A stretch of 64,000 nt of DNA from Eledone cirrhosa (GCA_964016885.1 OZ024747.1:89466001-89530000); one strand, 5' to 3'. Numbered from the stretch's first letter, positions 24,873 to 39,544 are shown. Numbers and translations: made by a program. The notes: generated from the letters alone by a model not told the origin.

Positions 24873-25174
24873 TGAATGTACATATCGTGTATTTAATATA
24901 TTGTATGTTTATTTTAAAATTTTTTGAAGGCTTTTCACTATGAATTTAAGGAGCTGACTAAAGCCTCAGCAAATGGAATTCTATAAGAATCCAGCTTCTA
25001 CATCTCCCAGCAAAAACAAGGGATATATAGCCTTGATAACCACTAAACAGTGAACAACGATCGTCGGTTATTTCCCTTTGTTTTTGCTGAGGCTCGGTAT
25101 GTGACTTTAATCACTACCTTAAATTCATAGTCAAAGGCCTTCAAAATGTTTTAAAATAAACATACAGTATATTA
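24873..25174. mobile_element. Second Penelope-like remnant with ~58-bp inverted arms (24894-24951 / 25117-25174)
   Basis: tgaaggcttttcactatgaatttaagg vs ccttaaattcatagtcaaaggccttca; hammerhead-like core inside. Confidence 0.55.
25008..25089 (+). ncRNA. Degenerate U3-A8 hammerhead-like motif with long stem I
   Basis: cagcaaaaacaaggga.atagcc TTGATAA c cact-aaac-agtg aacaAC gatc GTC ggttat.tccctttgtttttgctg; the GAAA strand is damaged. Confidence 0.45.
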
Positions 25175-25176
25175 TT

Positions 25177-25957
25177 AGTGAGACCTGGGCATTGTGTGCA
25201 GAGGATATACACAGACTGGAGAGAAACGAAGCTTGCATGCTCCGCTGGATGTGTAATAGTAATATACGTGAACGGCAAAGCATAAACGAACTAAGGGAGA
25301 AATTAGAAATAAGAGGGATTAGATGTTGTTTACTCGAGAGAAGACTACATTGGTATGGTCACGTGATGCGCATGAAAGACGACAGCTGTATAAAAAAGTG
25401 CAGGGTAATAAAAATAGACGGTAGCCACGGAATAGGCAGATCCAGAAAAACCTGGGACGACTTGATAAATTCGGACCTCACACACTTACACCTCTCCAAG
25501 ACAATGTCACTGGACCGAGATCTTTGGCGCTACACAGTAATAGAGAAGACCCGCCTTACCTAAGTGCAAAGTGAAACCTACTGCAGTCAGTAGGCACCGC
25601 TAACAAAATACACCCCCGTCCCACTACCCCCACCCAATCCACACCACCCCTTTCAATGTAAAGTTATGTTGGTACCACAACATCCAGCCCGAAACAAATG
25701 AGGTCGTGTAGGTGTCACGACAAAAAAACACACAGTCCACGCTGTAATGTGGCCGTGTAGGTAACACGGTAAAAACCTCCCAGTTCCACACTGTAAATGT
25801 GGTTGGTGTTAGGAAGGGCATCCAGCCGTAGAAAACCCGCCAGACAGTCCTATGCGAGCAAGACAACCACTCTTGCCTCAAGTGGGAAAACTCCCATCCA
25901 AACCCATGCGAGCGTGGAATATGGACGTTAAACGAAGATGATGATGATGATGATGAT
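25177..25957 (+). mobile_element. 5'-truncated RTE-clade LINE 3' end: ORF C-terminus (to 25563), 3' UTR and (GAT)n tail
   Basis: SETWA..ERNEACMLRWMC..RLHWYGHVMR..GRSRKTWDD..DRDLWR, a typical RTE C-terminus; UTR shared with 56947-57275 and 58730-59095. Confidence 0.88.
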
Positions 25958-26241
25958 ACAATACGTACATTCATATATACATCACTATTTCAGAACACCG
26001 ACACAAATATATGAAGAACATACCATATATGTAATTAATGTATGGATGTATAAGATGCATGTGGCTCTACATCATGTGTGTGCTTTCATGCAAGTGAGTC
26101 TGCAGAAAGTTCTGTGTCTACAGTCAGCCAGCATGTAACTATTAATGACACAAAATGCCACAATGTAACAGCTGAAGAAGATGTAATGTCTGTGGCTGTA
26201 AGTTGTTATATCTGACTGTAGTTGTGCGTAGTATAGCTATA

Positions 26242-26332
<91 letters not shown>

Positions 26333-27519
26333 ATCCGTACAGTGTGGAGAAAAAAGCATACATAGTAGAAATGTTTGCTACCATTGGTGAAAATGTTCAT
26401 CATTTATAGAAAAGTAGAATGTCAGCTAACTCACAATAAATTTTCTTAATTGCAGTATTTAACCCCACTATGATTATTTCTTATGTTGAAAACACTGGAA
26501 ATGATCAAACCCACTTTTTTTATTATACAACTTTAGCTTGTGTCAAGCAAAAGAGAACATGTACTTATCAGAAGCTAGCTGCCATATAGCAACGAAATAT
26601 TGGTTGTAAAAGATTAAATCTAATGCTGATGAAGTAAGAGTGTCGTTATGAATTGGTAACAGATGATAGCAAAGATTACATAAGACATGATAATTTAGTT
26701 TTATATAAAAGATTTAAAATGAACTGGAAAGGTAATAACAAAATGAGACAAGTTGGAGAGAGAGGGAGAGAGAGAGTGAGAGAGAAAGAGAGGGAGAGAG
26801 AGAAATCACTATATTGGTCTAGCCAACTCATGATCACATGAAAAAAAAAGTGACCATGTAAAATATTGAGAAATGATGGATGCATATGACACTATTTTGC
26901 ATCAGTGGTATAAAATTTTGATATAATATTTAATATCCTAAGGGAAATCTATTTTTGTGCTGTGAAAATCAATATGTCTGTTACAGAAGACTGGTAGAGA
27001 AAAATATGCCTTCATAAGCTGACAACAGTTTTAAGTTTTGCAATCATGATATTGAATATGAGTGTAGGATTACATAGCGTTCAGAAGGCAGTTGTGTTTG
27101 GAAAGACACTGCAATCAGAAATGTTATTATTGTTATTATTATCATCATGAACATCATCAATATTAAATATTATGAAGCAAAGCAAGTAAATAGGAAAACA
27201 GAATGAATTTGGTAAATTATAATTAAATAAACTAAAAGTAAAAAATAAAATTGAGAATAGGAAAATTAATTTCATATTAATTTATTGTAAAATTTGATTA
27301 TTCATCAAATTTGTGAATGTACTTCAGTTGTAAATGTTAGTGTGTTTACTGTAAAGCAACTGTTGTAATGTGACCATAGCAAGTTATAGTGATGATAATC
27401 AGTCATTTGAATAAAATATGGTTTTGGAAGACAGCAAGACAACATTGTGGAATATAAGGAATATGTTTGAAAAGAAGAAGGTTCAGTGTGTCAAATATTA
27501 AAGTAGAATTCCTAATGAC

Positions 27520-27680
27520 ATAGGGAACTAGAAATATAGAGGGCTAGAAATATAGGGTACTAGAAACATAGGGAACTAGAAACACTGGGTACTAGAAATA
27601 TAGGGTACGTGAAACAGAGGGGACTAGAAACAGAGGAGACTAGAAACAGAGGGTACTAGAAACACAGGGGACTAGAAACG
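27520..27680. repeat. ~16-17-bp minisatellite (actagaaayataggg)n
   Basis: About 9 visible units. Confidence 0.8.
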
Positions 27681-27902
27681 AAGTCATTAAAAGATCCTTA
27701 TAACTTTATGAATTAATAATTGTTTCTACTTTAGGCACAAGGCCAGCAATTAACCAGTGCATTACTGGTACTTTATTTTATCGACCCCGTAAGGATGAAA
27801 GGCAAAAATCAACCTCGGTGGGATTTATGAATTAATAATGAGACAGGTTTTCTTCATAAGGATTCATTGTAAAATCTTGAATTTTTTACTTATTTCCAAA
27901 TC

Positions 27903-28205
27903 GAATGTGTCGCTCAGAGATCGGAGAGTCACTCCAGGTGGAGCCACTATTTTTCCGAATTGAGAGATCACAGTCCTGATACTATGGGTATGTGATTAAA
28001 ATGTCTCAGGAAAGAATTGATGGTTTGATTAACATCCATGAGCTTGGCTGATCTCGCTTGGGGATCCAGCCAGATAAGTTGGAGATGGTTGCTTCTGACA
28101 GGACCCACTGGAAAGAGTGTTTGAGGACTCTTCCCCATGACCCTCTCAGGAATAAATAGGCAAAGAAGAAGGCAAAGGAGGCGAAGAAGAAGGCGAAAAA
28201 GGAGC
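27903..28205 (+). mobile_element. RTE (Expander-like) 3' end with an internal deletion
   Basis: Homologous to 10110-10445 (gaattgagagatcacag..gatactatggg). Confidence 0.8.
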
Positions 28206-28304
28206 ACCAGTAAACAGATAAAAACGATTAGATGCCATGAGATGGATGTCTTATTTCCTTGTTATCCTTGTTAATATTTGTAAAAAAAACAAACAAACAA
28301 ACTA

Positions 28305-28925
28305 ATAATTGTTTCTACTTTTGGCACAAGGCCAGCAATTACCCAGTACATTACTGGTACTTTATTTTATCGACCCCGTAAGGATGAAAGGCAAAGTTAA
28401 CCTCGGCGAGATTTCAACTCAGACCATAAAGAGACGTATCTATGCTGGAAAGCATGGCGTCCGACTCTCTACCGATACTGCCAATTCACCGCCTAATAAT
28501 AATTCTTTATAACATTAGCACAAGGCCTGCAGTTTAGGGGAAAAGGGCAAGTTGATTATATTGACCTCAGTATTTAACTGGTACTATATTTTATTGACAC
28601 CAGAAGGATGAAAGGCAAAGTTGATCTTGGTGGTATTTGAATCCAGAATGTAGAAAGTTGTAAATAAATACCGATGCTCTACTGATGCTGGCTAGCCACC
28701 ATCCTAAATAAACTAATAATAATGGTGTCTGATTTAGGCACAAGGACAATAATTTTGGGGAAGAGGGAAGTCAATTAAATCGACCTCAATGCATTACTGG
28801 TACTTTATTTTATCGACCCTGTAAGGATGAAAGGCAAAGCTAACCTTGGCAGGATTTGAACTCAAAATATAAAGGGCCGTAACTCTATGCTGCAAAGCAT
28901 GGTGTCTGATGCTCTACTGATACTG
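28305..28925 (-). mobile_element. Cluster of three SINE family A copies
   Basis: Three successive reverse-complement family A bodies. Confidence 0.85.
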
Positions 28926-28926
28926 T

Positions 28927-29178
28927 GTGTGTGTGTGTGTGACAGCTCCCACCTTTGCAGGTTTAGCTGGCCTCCTCCAAGGTATATCTCGTTGGAGGTC
29001 TCTTGGGTAATTTAATGATAGGGACCCCAGTCCTATCATCTCATTTCTACAGCTGAGTAAAGTGGAGCAACGTGAAATAAAGTGTCTTGCTCAAGGAAAC
29101 AGCACATCATCCGGTCCTAGAATTGAACTCACAACCTTTCGATTGCAAGCCCAATGCTCTAACCACTAAGCCATGTGC
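28927..29178 (-). mobile_element. Full-length tRNA-derived SINE family B with (CA)n tail and 13-bp TSD
   Basis: ctactgatactgt on both sides; head gcacatggcttagtggttagagc..gagttcaattc. Confidence 0.9.
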
Positions 29179-31508
29179 CTACTGATACTGTAGTTATTAT
29201 TATCCTTCTTCCTCTCCTACCACCCCTTCATCAGTGTGGCAATATATGTCGTATATTGACTCAAAAATTCAAATATAAAAAGATATCATAAAAAGTGCTG
29301 ACCTAGAATAGAGATAATGGAATGTAGATGATATTTTGCCATGTAAGAGTAAGATAAGTGAAGGTTCTTAAAGTGAAGTTAGCTCAGAGTAAAAAGAGTT
29401 TTTTTTTAGTCTTGTCGAGAACACAACTTCTCAGGTGCTGGTGCCACAATAAATGCACTCAGTACACTCTGCAAAGTGATGAAATGTCAGTAATGATTTG
29501 TTATAAAAGGAGAAATTATCAAAGAAAGATTAGCTTGGCAATATATTATATATTGACCACCAGAAACAATTATGAAAACTGGCATGAAAACATGCCTGAT
29601 GAAAATGAACATGGAAGTTATTCTGATAACTAGGGTAGTATTTTATTTTGAGAATTCATGAAAAAATCAAGATATTATTGAAAAGTTATTATTGAGAAGT
29701 TATTCTGATAGCTAAGGTAGTAATTTTCTTCTTTTTTTTATACTAATAAATAGGTTTTATTTTTAACAATTATATAAATAACATTGCAAATAAAATGATG
29801 GAAATATGAAAAAGATAAAAATAAGTTTAAGTAATGAGAAAAAGGGGAAGGGGTAAATAAGGACAGATCTGTCTGTATGGGAAAGTAGGGGAAAGGATTA
29901 TAAATACCATAAATGAGAAAAAAGAAAGGAGAGAAAAAGCAAAGACTCTTGGACCACAGAAGAAAGTACTTTTTTTGTAAATTAATGAAAAAAATCAAGA
30001 AAGTAATATGAAAGGAAAGGAGCTGATTGGATTGTCAGATCGAACCAAGCAAACTTTGTCACCATTGGTCTTTTCATTATTGATACTATCTGTTGTTCCT
30101 GGTGGAAGTGTTATTGATTTTCTGGTGACAGGAGGTAGGATTTGAACTCAGAACACATAGAGCCAGAACAGATGCCACAAAGCATCGTGTTTAATCCTTT
30201 AACAATACCACCATTCCAACAACCATGGGTTGGCACTTAATTTTATTAACCCCAATAGGATAAAAGTCAAAGTTGACCTCAGCCATATTTGAACTTTAGA
30301 CATTTAAACTGCTACTCCAGTGATTCTGCTATTTGCCGCCTTGAGTGATATATCAACTTTAAAAATACTGTAGTTTGGGGGACATAAGAAGACCTAGTGT
30401 TTCTGATGTCCCTTATATCTTGATGAAAACTTTGGGAATAAAATTGCAGTAGTATTTAAGATTTGTTTTTAGTGTATAGGATGCAGGAAGATTTTGACAT
30501 CATAAAAAGTCTTATACACTAAGTTTAATAATCTAGACGTAGTGAAGTATGTTGATAAATTTGGCGAAAGAAAAATCACCACCACCACCACCACCACCAC
30601 CACCACCACAATCATCATCATCAACATTCTTTTACATACTTTTTCCACGCTGGCATGGATTGTTTTGGATAACGTAAGAATTTTATCTATAGTGACATGT
30701 ACCAACATAAATGAATTACTTCTACTCACTGAGCTAATGAAGGAGTCTTTACATGGTTGCCCAGCCTACTAAAAATAGCTGCCAAATCTCTTTCAAATAC
30801 CCCTCCTTGCTTCTACTATCTTAAATAAAAGAAGACAGGAGACTGGTGTATAAGAATATGGGATGGTCATGATTGAAATTCTTTTGATTATAGGTTTCCA
30901 AATCACGACTGACTTGGAGCCAAACAACAACTTTTACTCAGTCTTATCCTTATTTATAATAAAAATGTCTAACCTTTCCTCTCTAACAAATTGAATATCA
31001 AGAAATGCACTTAAAACTGAAGAACGGTACCAAGACATAATCAAATTTCTTTTTTCTTTCATTCTTAATTTTACTTTTAATCTATTCTATTATTACCAAA
31101 TTCTGATTCTACAACCATATATTCATTGCCTTGTATATTATCTTTGATTTGATATAATTCCTGAAGGCTGTTGTATTTATTTTAATAATTTAGTTGTTCT
31201 TTTGGTTCTGATTGTTCCATGTTTCAAGTATGCAATACCCATATCTATTTCTCCAGCAAACTCTGTCCCAAATTCCAGATTCTCCTTCTCTTCATACTAA
31301 TTTACATATAATTTTTCTGAAGTAATTTAGCCTCTACAAACACACAAGAATATCTTTAAAAAGACAAACAGAGAAGATAGAGGAAGAGATGACATAGAGG
31401 GCAATAGTCATTGATAAGGCCACAGGTTGTGAGGAAAGAACTTTGATAATTAATAAATTAGTTGATTAATCAATTGATTAACTGAATAATTATCTGATTA
31501 ATAAATCA

Positions 31509-31783
31509 AAGTCTAAAGTCTGTCTCAAGCCAGAATGCTTGTTAAGCCAGTACTTATCCTGGTTTCATGGCATGAGGTGAATGAGAGTACAAGACTACCC
31601 TCTGGACAGGACGCCAGTCCATCGCAGTGTTAAACCCCCATCTATTGCTGGTACTCATCTTCAGTTGAGTATACAGGAGCATCATAAAATGAAGTGTTTT
31701 GCTCAAGAACACAACATGCAACCCAGCCCATGACATTATGATCATAAGTCCAACACTCTTACCACTAGGCCATATGCCTCCAC
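31509..31783 (-). mobile_element. tRNA-derived SINE family B
   Basis: Homologous end-to-end to 17581-17857. Confidence 0.8.
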
Positions 31784-32464
31784 AAATACATCAGAAGTGA
31801 AACTTAACTGGTGCATGTATTTCAATGTATGATTTCACACCAAGAATCTTGTAAATCAAATATAAAAATGAAATATCTTTAATATTTTACTAGAAAATTA
31901 GTTGAACATCTTTTTGACCTTATATCAGTTTCATCCATTTTATTTGTAATTGCTTTTCTATTTCGCTGAGTGTGTGAAGAAGTTGGACAACCTGGTTTCA
32001 TTTTATGATAGAGGTAAGGATAAGGATAGGATAAAGATCACATAACTCCTTGTGGAGTCTTAAAAGCACCATCATATGACTTGTCTAGGGCACTTTTAAA
32101 CCTGGTGGAGCCCAACCCTCTTCAGGTCTATAGAGGAAGAATTGACCCAGTACTGGACTGGTACGTTTTTAATTGACCTCGAAAGGATGAAAGGCAAAAT
32201 TGACCACAGCAGGATTTGAACTCAGAGCGCGCAATGAGGAAGGATGAATACTGTAAAGCATTCTACTTGACGTCTTAACGAGTCTGCCAATTTGCAGCCT
32301 TGATAGAGGTAAGAACAATGATTAATTTGGTTAAAATGAAGCCCAGGTGTTTTATTTAATCAACTAACTAGCTTCTACCTCAAAATGTCATTGAACTAAA
32401 TAAAGTTAATGTTAACAATATTGAAGAGGAAGGTTGTCAAATATTATTTGTTTATTGTATTCTT

Positions 32465-34020
32465 ATATGTATATGTGCATGTTTGTGTGTATAGTATGAT
32501 GGCTATGTATATGTATGTATGTGTACATATGTATTATGTATGTGCATATGTATGTGTATGTGCATGTATGTGTGCATATGTATGGTGGCTGTGGATTTGT
32601 ATATGTATGTGCATGTATGTATGTATATGTGCATATGTATGATGTATGTGAATGTGTATGATGGCTATGTATGTGTATGTGTATGATGGCTATGTATATG
32701 TATGTATGTATATATGTACATATACATAGCCATGTATATGTATGTGCATGATGGCTATGTATATGTATGTATATATGTATGTGTATATATGTGTGCATAT
32801 GTATGAGGGCTATGTATGTGTATGAATGTGTGTGTGTGTATGTAGGATGGCTATGTATATGTTCATATATGTGTTCATATATGTGTACATATCTATGATA
32901 GCTGTGTATATGTATGTATATGTTCATATATGTATGTATGATAGCTGTGTATATGTATGTATATGTTCATATATGTATTATAGCTGTGTATTTGTATGTA
33001 TATGTTAATATATGTATGTATGATAGCTGTGTATATGTATGTATATGTTCATATATGTATGTATATGTTCATATATGTATGTATATGTTCATATATGTAT
33101 GTATATGTTCATATATGTATGTATGATAGCTGTGTATATGTATGTAAATGTTCATATATGTATGTATGATAGCTGTGTATATGTATGTATATGTTCATAT
33201 ATGTATTATAGCTGTGTATATGTATGTATATGTTCATGTATGTATGATAGCTGTGTATATGTATGTATATGTTTATATATGTATGTATGATAGCTGTGTA
33301 TATGTATGTATATGTTTATATATGTATGATAGCTGTGTATATGTATGTATATGTTCATATATGTATGTATATGTTCATATATGTATGTATGATAGCTGTG
33401 TATATGTATGTATATGTTTATATATGTATGATAGCTGTGTATATGTATGTATATGTTCATATATGTATGTATATGTTCATATATGTATGTATATGTTCAT
33501 ATATGTATGTATATGTTCATATATGTATGTATATGTTCATATATGTATGTATATGTTCATATATGTATGTATATGTTCATATATGTATGATAGCTGTGTA
33601 TATGTATGTATATGTTCATATATGTATGTATGATAGCTGTGTATATGTATGTATATGTTCATATATGTATTATAGCTGTGTATATGTATGTATATGTTCA
33701 TGTATGTATGTATGATAGCTGTGTATATGTATGTATATGTTTATATATGTATGTATGATAGCTGTGTATATGTATGTATATGTTTATATATGTATGATAG
33801 CTGTGTATATGTATGTATATGTTCATATATGTATGTATGATAGCTGTGTATATGTATGTATATGTTCATATATGTATGTATGATAGCTGTGTATATGTAT
33901 GTATATGTTTATATATGTATGTATGATAGCTGTGTATATGTATGTATATGTTTATATATGTATGTATGATAGCTGTGTATATGTATGTATATGTTCATAT
34001 ATGTATGATGGCTGTGTATT
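32465..34020. repeat. (TATG)-derived minisatellite atagctgtgtatatgtatgtatatgttcatatatgtatg
   Basis: Directly visible tandem array. Confidence 0.95.
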
Positions 34021-34396
34021 TTTGGAAATCATTTTACATGTACATATTGGACTTCTCTAAATAATATTTTCTCATGGTGAGACATGAAATAAATATTGTG
34101 AGGCAATATTTTCTATTTGGAATATGCACGGTTGATGTTGTTGCTGTTGTTTTTATTGTTTAGCTCTACATCACTTGTGACCAAGCTCTACTATGATCTC
34201 ACAGTCTTTTTTTTTTAAATCATAGAGAGAAGAGAGAATCTTATCCTCTACCCACACAAAATTGCTTTTCCCCATTATTTAACATTGTAGTGTGTACTCT
34301 GTTTTTATTTGAGTTAGCATCTTAAGGATACTAGCTTAATTAAAACATCGAGTTGGAAAATAACCAAAGAACTTCGGTCTTATATGATGACTTCGT

Positions 34397-34438
<42 letters not shown>

Positions 34439-34441
34439 TTA

Positions 34442-34971
34442 GGGCGGTGGATTGGCAGTATTGGTAGAGGGCTGGACGCCATGCTTTGATGCATAGAGTT
34501 ACGGCCCTTTCCATTCTGAGTTCAAATGCCGCCGACGTTAACTTTGCCTTTCATCCTTACGGGGTCGATAAAATAAAGTACCAGTAATGCACTGGGTAAT
34601 TGCTGGCCTTGTGCCAAAAGTAGAAACAATTATTATTATAATATATATATATAATAATTGTTAACTTCGGTGGGATTTGAACTCAGAATGGAATGGGCCG
34701 TAACTCTATGCATCAAAGCATGGCGTCCAACCCTCTACCGATAGTGCCAATCCACCTACCATAATATAATAATAATAATAATAGTTGTTTCTACTTTTGG
34801 CACAAGGCCAGCAATTACCCAGTACATTACTGGTACTTTATTTTATCGACCCCGTAAGGATGAAAGGCAAAGTTAACCTCGACGGGATTTGAACTCAGAC
34901 CGTAAAGGGACGTAACTATGCTGGAAAGCATGGCGTCCGACCCTCTACCGATACTGCCAATCCACCGCCCT
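34442..34971. mobile_element. Three young family A SINEs: one + (34442-34636), two - (34661-34760, 34786-34971)
   Basis: Near-consensus copies in opposite orientation. Confidence 0.9.
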
Positions 34972-35873
34972 AGTAATAATAGTAATAAACGAAAGATGTA
35001 TACTTTATATCATCTCTATTTATTTCATTATATATATTTTGAAGATGTAAAGTTTTATGTATAACATAAACCAGAACATGTCGTCCTCTTCAGACAAAAT
35101 ACATGAGATGAATAATATTTTCTGATATGCTGGTAGACAAATGAGCTGGTCAGATCAGTGACCACCAAGCATATATATGATCGATGCCGACCAAGCATAT
35201 ATACATAAAAAATCATGATATATAAGACTTTTATGAACACAACCCACATTAATGTTTGTGAGTTCAATGGAGTTCCATAGGCAATCTCTCTGTTTATTTG
35301 TATATCGGACTCAAATGTCAGTCCTTTACAAAAACCTTTCCATTGATGTAACTTCAGTAAAGTGGAAAATCTGAACTTAGAATGCAAAAAGCTGGTACAA
35401 ACACTGCAGGCATCGTGTCTGAAGCTCCAACAGCAGTACTGCTAATCCACACCATGGATTGGTACTTCATTTATTGACCTTAAAAGGATGAAATACAGAG
35501 CTGACTATGGTGGGATTTGAACTCAGAGTACTCGATCAAATACCACAAGGTATTCTTCTATCAAATGCTCTAACAATTCTATCAGTTCCCTTTAGACTAC
35601 ATCGTTCTGTGGTCTTCCTTTTTTCTTTACTTTTCTTTTTTTTTTTAGATTACAGGGTGTAATTTGGAAGTGAATTGGCTGTTAATTCTAGCAGTTTGAG
35701 TAACTACATAGAGGCTTCTTTGTTGGTTTTAGAAGTATTGTGAGGTTGTCATCAGAAACTAACAAAGTTTTGAGATAAGTTATTAGAACAAACAGAAAAC
35801 TATATATGAAATCTAAAACAAGTGAAGTGAAGGATGTGGAAGTAAGCTGAAGCAATTGAAGTAAAGTGTTTAA

Positions 35874-36076
35874 CCCTTTAGCATTTAAACTGGCTGTATC
35901 TGGCCAGAATTGTCTCACCTCTTTCTGTTCAAATCAGCTGTAACCAGCCACTCATACTGATATCATGTTATTATACTCAAAATGAATGATATCAAAATCT
36001 CATAGATTCAATATTATGTGAGATAATTATGTGAGAAATATAAGGGTAAATATAGAGTAATGTAAATGCTAAAAGG
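35874..36076. mobile_element. piggyBac-like MITE (family D)
   Basis: TTAA-ccctttagcattta ... taaatgctaaaagg-TTAA. Confidence 0.85.
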
Positions 36077-36164
36077 TTAAGAACAAGTCAACTCTGATCA
36101 AATCAGTGTATATTCAATGGCATTCCAGCCAGCACTATCCCATACATCATTTTGGGTATATTAA

Positions 36165-36373
36165 GCATGTGGCTGAGTGGTTAGAGAATTGGATTCGCAA
36201 TTGTGAGGTTGTGAGTTTGATTCCTGGACCAGGCAATGCGTTATGTCCTTGAGCAAGACACTTTATTTCATGTTGCTCCTTCTACCTGGAGTTGCGACCG
36301 ATAGATAGTATTAGCAATTGGAAAGACCAACAGAAACATTGTTTCCTCGGTCCGATTTGACGAAAGTCGATCG
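36165..36373 (+). mobile_element. tRNA-derived SINE family B
   Basis: tggctgagtggttagag (A box), gagtttgattcc (B box), ccttgagcaagacacttta core. Confidence 0.8.
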
Positions 36374-36442
36374 TTCCTTTATAAGGATTACATTATCTAA
36401 AATAATCTTTCCCTTTTTTAAAGATAATTGTATGTGATTTAA

Positions 36443-36688
36443 CCCTTTAGAATTTAAACTGGCCATTTCTGGCCAGAATTCTCTCACCTCTTTCTGTTCA
36501 AACTGGATGTAACTGGCTGCTCATACCGACGTTAGAGTATTATTCTCAAAATAAATTATATCATCATTAAAATCTTGTACATTTGATATTATGTGAGATT
36601 ATTATGTAAGATAATTATGTAAGATAAAGCCTTTACTACCAAAATACAATTGTATATATATATATAGAGTAATGTAAAGGCTAATGGG
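36443..36688. mobile_element. piggyBac-like MITE (family D)
   Basis: TTAA-flanked, same body as the other copies. Confidence 0.8.
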
Positions 36689-38333
36689 TTAAGGGAGTTC
36701 TGACTTCTATTCACAGCAGGTTGGGCAACAACATAAAGGCTCTTGGGTTTATTTGAAAGAATCTTTCATTGGCTTAAGTAAGGTATATAGGTTGACAAAT
36801 TGGCAGAATTGTTAGAGCATAGGACATAGAGCTTTACAGTATTTAATGTTTTCTTACATTCTTAGTTCAAATTTGCCTTTCATCAAACCTGGAAGGGGAG
36901 GGGTCATGGGCACGGCCCCCTTCTCCTAACTAAGCAATAAGAAGAAAAAGGATAATTTAAGTGAGGCAAGCTGAGACAATATTGTAAGGGAGGAAAGGAC
37001 AGTGGATGGACAATATTGGTAGAGTGTTGGACAACATGCTTTGCAGCATAGAGGTATGGCCCTTTATGTTCTGAGTTCAAATCCCGCCAAATTAGTTTTG
37101 CCTTTTATCCTTACAGGGCCGATAGAACAAAGTACCAGTTACGCAATGGGGTCAATTTAATCGACTTTCCCTCTTCCCCAAAGTTGCTGGCCTTATGTCT
37201 AAATAAGAAACCATTATTATTATTACTACTATTATTATTATTAAAGGCGGGGGTCAATATCTGCTGAGATAAGCTTTACCTTACATCTTTTCAGGGTCGA
37301 TAAAATAAAGTACCATCATGTACTTGGGTTGAATTAATCAATTTTCTCCTCTGCCAAAATTGCTGGCCTTGTGCCAAAATAAGAAACCATTATAAGGGAG
37401 GAAAAACAAAGACAAGAATAGCGTTTTTTTTAATATGTTGAGAATTAGTTATACAGAAAACATGGCGGTTTTTTTAAGACAAGCAGAGGATTGTAGTTAT
37501 TTAAAATCAGATTCAGAGCTTTTTATAGAAGATTTCATAAAGTACAGGTAGATAGGGTTTTATAGATTGATATCATTACTGGTTAGGAAGACAGTCACAC
37601 AACAGGGGAGAGGGAGTGAGAAAAATGAGAAAAACAGATTTAAATATAAGTTCATAAGACGTTGTTGAATACTTTGATAATCTCAAATACCATGCTGTTG
37701 CTTTCACCATGGAAATATTTATATTATCTGTTTGTCTCTTTATTACTTTATCTTATCTTTTTTATTTTTCATTAGTATATATATATATTGTTTAATATTT
37801 CAAATGCCATAAATATAAAACTATATCTACAAGTATGACAGCAGCAAATAAATTCTGAACATAAACTATAAGGAATAGCAATTGTTTTATTCTTTATGAA
37901 ATAAAAACAACAACAAAAAACAACAACATCAACAATAAAAATAAAAACGAAAAAAAAAATACCTAGCCACTAGAACATGATATAAATATTTAAAAGAAAA
38001 AAAATCAACAAACAAAAATTAATAATAAAAGAATATGAAGTGAAGCCCTGTCTCAGACATAGTCTGGTAGATTTGCAGTCATACTGAGACATGCAAGCCA
38101 TAATATAGTCTAACTTACAATTGTCAAAATATTTCTTGAAAGAATTTCTAGGAATATTAGTATTCAGTAACATAGCAGAACACACGCAACTGTAAATACC
38201 CTCAAAGCAATTTTCGGAAGAAAAAAGTTAAAAAGAGAAAAAAATTTCTAATATAGAAACTTTTTAATTCTAGTTTGTGTGACAATAAATTTCAGAAATG
38301 AAAACTGACACTCTCTCCTCTCTCACACACACG

Positions 38334-38337
<4 letters not shown>

Positions 38338-38420
<83 letters not shown>

Positions 38421-38428
38421 ATATATAT
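38338..38428. repeat. (TA)n microsatellite
   Basis: Directly visible. Confidence 0.95.
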
Positions 38429-39544
38429 AATTTTTTTTATATGTGAAGTTTGGTATATCAATAAATATAACAGAATAGGTCAGAAATCTACCAAGTTATA
38501 AATTGGTGTAATCCTTATTGATAGAATAAACAGCAACAGCTCATGGAATATGAAGAGATAGCTTTGCGCATGCATGCTGCCATTGTGACTAGGCTTGTCA
38601 TTTTGTCATATAAATTCTCTCTGATCTTCTTCAATATGTTATGTTTATAGCATATAGTCAGATTTATATTACTCTTCTATATATTTATCAAACTATTTAT
38701 TTATTTTTACTGATATATTTGTTGATGTTATTACTCTTCCTGTCATCAATATTGTTACTATTTTCTGGTTTTATTTTATGAGGAATAAAAACCAATACGA
38801 AGTGATGAGTCAGAGAAAAAATATCTAAATTGATACAACCATAGAATAAAAAATGTAAAGCTCTCCGTAACATGAAGAAATTTATGTACTTCCATGCAGT
38901 TCACATAGATTATATATTTGCCTTCTTTTAACTGAAAAGATGAAAAAAAATTGACATGAAGCTTGTAAAATTTCGTAGTAAAATATCTGCAAAGTTAAAG
39001 GCACTGGAGGGGAACAATTATCAAATGTAAAGAACAACTAGTAATAAATAGTGATAGAGGTGTATTTGTAAGAGTCTAATTGAAAATATAACTTGTGGAA
39101 GGGAACCAATCTCAAAAGATAAGAGCTACTAATATTATGGTGAATATTATTTGTTATTTACATGACTATTGTTTTAATCTGGAAATTCTAAAATATTGGT
39201 TGATAAAAATGAATCTGTGGAGTCTATTTATGATAATGTATCTTGTATTCTGATATATTTTGAATGTGACATTCATAACTACCATGGACATATAAAAGTA
39301 ATATTTCTCTCAGAATATTCAAGCATGGCTGAGTGATTTAAAAGTTTCTCTCATAATTGTGAGGCTCCACAGTCAAGTCTAGTCAAGCTTGTGAGGAAAC
39401 TGCATGGATGCCTACTGGATGGAATATATATGTATTTCAAAGGTCTAACCTTATCACAGTTTGAGCCATGCTGATTATAACAGGGAATTATACTAAGAGT
39501 AAAAATGTCAATGAAATAACTACTTGAGACACCCAACAAGCTAG

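Noticed and set aside
35030-35105. Possible minus-strand hammerhead (gtattttgt CTGAAGA ... aaaac ... tcaaaatat)
   Set aside because: Stem I is plausible, but GAAA, stem III and the cleavage triplet do not line up; at best a heavily decayed relic.
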